A stretch of DNA of 64,000 bases from an uncultured Eubacteriales bacterium. Its GTDB lineage: Bacteria > Acidobacteriota > Aminicenantia > Aminicenantales > Aminicenantaceae. The position numbers and the translations under genes are program-made. Shown piece by piece: positions 61,797 through 64,000 of this stretch (positions within the stretch are counted from its first letter, which is position 1; each line of letters opens with the position of its first letter). Under the pieces are notes generated by a model. It was not told the origin of the DNA and searched no databases. It saw nothing but the letters and a program-made list of their open reading frames with translations. The stretch spans positions 192,727-256,726 of the forward strand of contig CAYOSH010000001.1 of the NCBI GenBank assembly GCA_964406575.1, read 5' to 3'.

Positions 61797-64000
61797 TCAT
61801 TTTTTTTCAACAAGATATTTTTTCAGGTAGCGTGCTGTATGAGATTTTTGGGATCGGATGACGGCTTCTGGAGGTCCTTGGGTGACGATCTCTCCGCCTC
61901 GCTCCCCACCCTCAGGACCCAGGTCGATGATGTGATCTGCGCATTTGATCATATCGAGGTTATGCTCGATGACCACAACGGTGTTTCCCTCCTCGACCAG
62001 CTTTTGGAAGGCGTCGAGGAGGACAGCGACATCATCGGGATGAAGTCCGATCGTCGGCTCGTCGAAGAGATAGAGGATATTCTTGTTCTTCTCATGGACG
62101 AGATTATAGGCCAGTTTGATCCTCTGGAGCTCACCCCCGGAGAGGGTGGTTGTGGGTTGGCCGAGTCTCAAATATCCTAACCCCACTTCGATGAGAGGCG
62201 TCAATTTTTTGTAGATTTTTGTGTTATCCGAAAAAAAGTCCACGGCCTCGAATATGCTCATCTGGAGGATCTCATCAATATTTTTCCTCCTGTATTTGAC
62301 TTCGAGGATATCGCCCTTAAAACGTTTGCCCTTGCAGGTCTCGCATGTCAGGACGATGTCTGAAAGAAACTGCATCTCGATGATCTGCTGTCCCGCCCCC
62401 TTGCATTCGTCACACCGGCCTCCATCGGTGTTGAAGGAGAAAAATCCCGGTTTGTATCCCAGGGCTTTGGCTTCTCTCGTTTGCGCGAACAGTTGCCGGA
62501 TCTCATCCATGGCCTTGGTGTACGTGGCGGGAATGGACCGGGGAGAGGTGCTCAGCGGAGATTGGTCGACCATGATGATCTTGTCCACATGATCTTTTCC
62601 CTGAATGTCCTTGAATCCATCCGTGGATTGGCCGTTCCATCCTTTGAAGAGGATGTCATAGAGCAGGGTGCTTTTACCCGATCCTGAAACGCCCGTCACA
62701 CAGGTGAAGGTATGCAAGGGGATATTCACATCGAGATGTTTGAGGTTGTGTTTGTGGGCCTCCGTGATGGTGATGAACTCCTTCGCTTTGCGTCTTTGTT
62801 CTGGGGGTTTTATCCTTTTCTCGTGCCTCATGTACTGGGCTGTGAGGGAATGTGAGGACTTGAGAAATTGGGGCATCGCTCCGGAAAACATCACCCGTCC
62901 CCCGTTTTCGCCCGCCCCTGGTCCAAGGTCGATAATAGCCTCCGCGGAGTTGATGATCTCGGGGTCGTGCTCCACGACCATCACCGTATTCCCCACCTCT
63001 TTCAGTGATCTCAGGATCTCGATCAAACGGTGATTGTCTCTCGCGTGGAGTCCGATGCTTGGCTCATCCAGCACGAAGAGCGTGCCCACGAGAGATGTGC
63101 TCAGGGCTGCGGCGAGGTTGATCCTCTGGGCTTCTCCGCCGCTGAGGGTGAATGTCATACGGTCGAGGGTGATATAGTCCAGCCCTACTTCAAGGAGAAA
63201 TATCAGTCGCTCCCGGATCTCGGCGAGAAGTTTTTCTGCCACCTGTTTCTCGAATGCGGTCAGCTTCAAGGAGTTGAAGAAATCCTCTGCCTTCCGGACC
63301 GTTTTCCGTGTCACCTCACCGATGGAGAGACCGTTGACCTTGACGCTCAGCGCCTGAGGATTCAAGCGCATGTGTTTGCAGTCCGGGCAGGGGATGTATT
63401 TTCTGTAACGCGCAAGGAGAACGCGCACCTGGATTTTATATTTTTTTCTTTGGAGGCGGTCGAAAAAGCCCGAGACGCCTTTGTACCGGCCCTCCCCTTT
63501 AAAAACGAATTCCTTCCACTCGTCTGTCAGGTCCTCAAACGGGATATCCGTCGGGATTCCTCTACGTTGCGCCTCATCGAGCAAACGCCTCATGCGATGC
63601 CGGGATACGGGTTTTGTCCACGGCTCGATAGCCCCTTCCTCAAGAGATTTTGATTTGTCGGGAATGATCTTATCCTCATCAAAAACGGCAAGGTCTCCGA
63701 AGCCATGACATGTGGGGCAGGCTCCCTGAGGGCTGTTAAAGGAAAAAAGGTTGGGGTAAGGGTCTTCATACAGGATGTCACATGTTTTGCATTCCAGCCG
63801 ATCTGAGAATAAGAATTTTCGTCCTTTTCCTGTGAGAACCTTGGCCCTGCCCTCACCTTTGACCATGGCGATCTCCAGTGAATCGGCCAGTCGTTCCCGT
63901 TCTTCTCTGTCCAGAGTCATCCGGTCTACGAGCACGTCCAGATGAGTATCTCTCTCAAGGTCTGCTTCGTCGAAATCCAGGATTGTGTTGTTTTCAACAA
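61797..64000 (-). CDS. uvrA: Excinuclease ABC subunit A (N-terminus outside the window)
   Basis: Two ABC signatures are present ('LSGGEAQRINLA', 'LSGGELQRIKLA'), with Walker A 'GVSGSGKSTL' and zinc modules 'CPDCKH' and 'CDECKGAG...CETCKGKRF'. The frame stays open through 63936-64000 upstream of the ORF-track Met. Confidence 0.93.
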   Translation of the reverse strand, partial: VENNTILDFDEADLERDTHLDVLVDRMTLDREERERLADSLEIAMVKGEGRAKVLTGKGRKFLFSDRLECKTCDILYEDPYPNLFSFNSPQGACPTCHGFGDLAVFDEDKIIPDKSKSLEEGAIEPWTKPVSRHRMRRLLDEAQRRGIPTDIPFEDLTDEWKEFVFKGEGRYKGVSGFFDRLQRKKYKIQVRVLLARYRKYIPCPDCKHMRLNPQALSVKVNGLSIGEVTRKTVRKAEDFFNSLKLTAFEKQVAEKLLAEIRERLIFLLEVGLDYITLDRMTFTLSGGEAQRINLAAALSTSLVGTLFVLDEPSIGLHARDNHRLIEILRSLKEVGNTVMVVEHDPEIINSAEAIIDLGPGAGENGGRVMFSGAMPQFLKSSHSLTAQYMRHEKRIKPPEQRRKAKEFITITEAHKHNLKHLDVNIPLHTFTCVTGVSGSGKSTLLYDILFKGWNGQSTDGFKDIQGKDHVDKIIMVDQSPLSTSPRSIPATYTKAMDEIRQLFAQTREAKALGYKPGFFSFNTDGGRCDECKGAGQQIIEMQFLSDIVLTCETCKGKRFKGDILEVKYRRKNIDEILQMSIFEAVDFFSDNTKIYKKLTPLIEVGLGYLRLGQPTTTLSGGELQRIKLAYNLVHEKNKNILYLFDEPTIGLHPDDVAVLLDAFQKLVEEGNTVVVIEHNLDMIKCADHIIDLGPEGGERGGEIVTQGPPEAVIRSQKSHTARYLKKYLVEKK

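Noticed and set aside
1-64000. A search by eye for tRNA/rRNA genes, CRISPR arrays, transposase, integrase or phage genes, and tandem repeats.
   Set aside because: I found no T-loop-like GGTTCGAATCC-type motifs in intergenic DNA, no regularly spaced direct repeats, and no ORF with DDE, tyrosine or serine recombinase motifs. Their absence is only as reliable as manual inspection. tRNAscan/Infernal and ISfinder searches would confirm it.

Overview
This 64-kb window holds about 45 protein-coding genes. I recognised no rRNA, tRNA, CRISPR array, transposase or integrase. It reads as ordinary chromosome. Three PadR plus orphan MacB/FtsX-type permease modules suggest an Acidobacteriota-like organism, but that is inference only. 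The left two thirds is rich in envelope and secreted proteins: two M28 peptidases, an S9 peptidase, an M1 peptidase, a C14 caspase homologue, a C45/Ntn-like lipoprotein, an MBL hydrolase, a TonB-dependent receptor, a FadL-like porin, two VWA proteins and a membrane Ser/Thr kinase. The right third is housekeeping: a mitochondrial-type EF-G, a hexokinase-gpmA-fba-pfk-glycerate kinase cluster, and partial uvrA. Items worth a second look: (1) a translationally coupled ECF sigma / anti-sigma / secreted caspase operon at 12899-15733, with a caspase-less paralogue at 8408-9271; (2) a superoxide-reductase-like protein carrying an export signal; (3) a 95-nt direct repeat pair (about 88% identical) bracketing a 2.2-kb segment next to a GC-rich TonB receptor gene, with a weak third copy; (4) two gene remnants, a VWA internal fragment and an MscS fragment; (5) a small family of GTCCG...CGGAC palindromic elements and shared terminator sequences; (6) an EF-G followed by a DnaB-C/KaiC-like ATPase. 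All family calls come from motif recognition by eye, and no database search was run.
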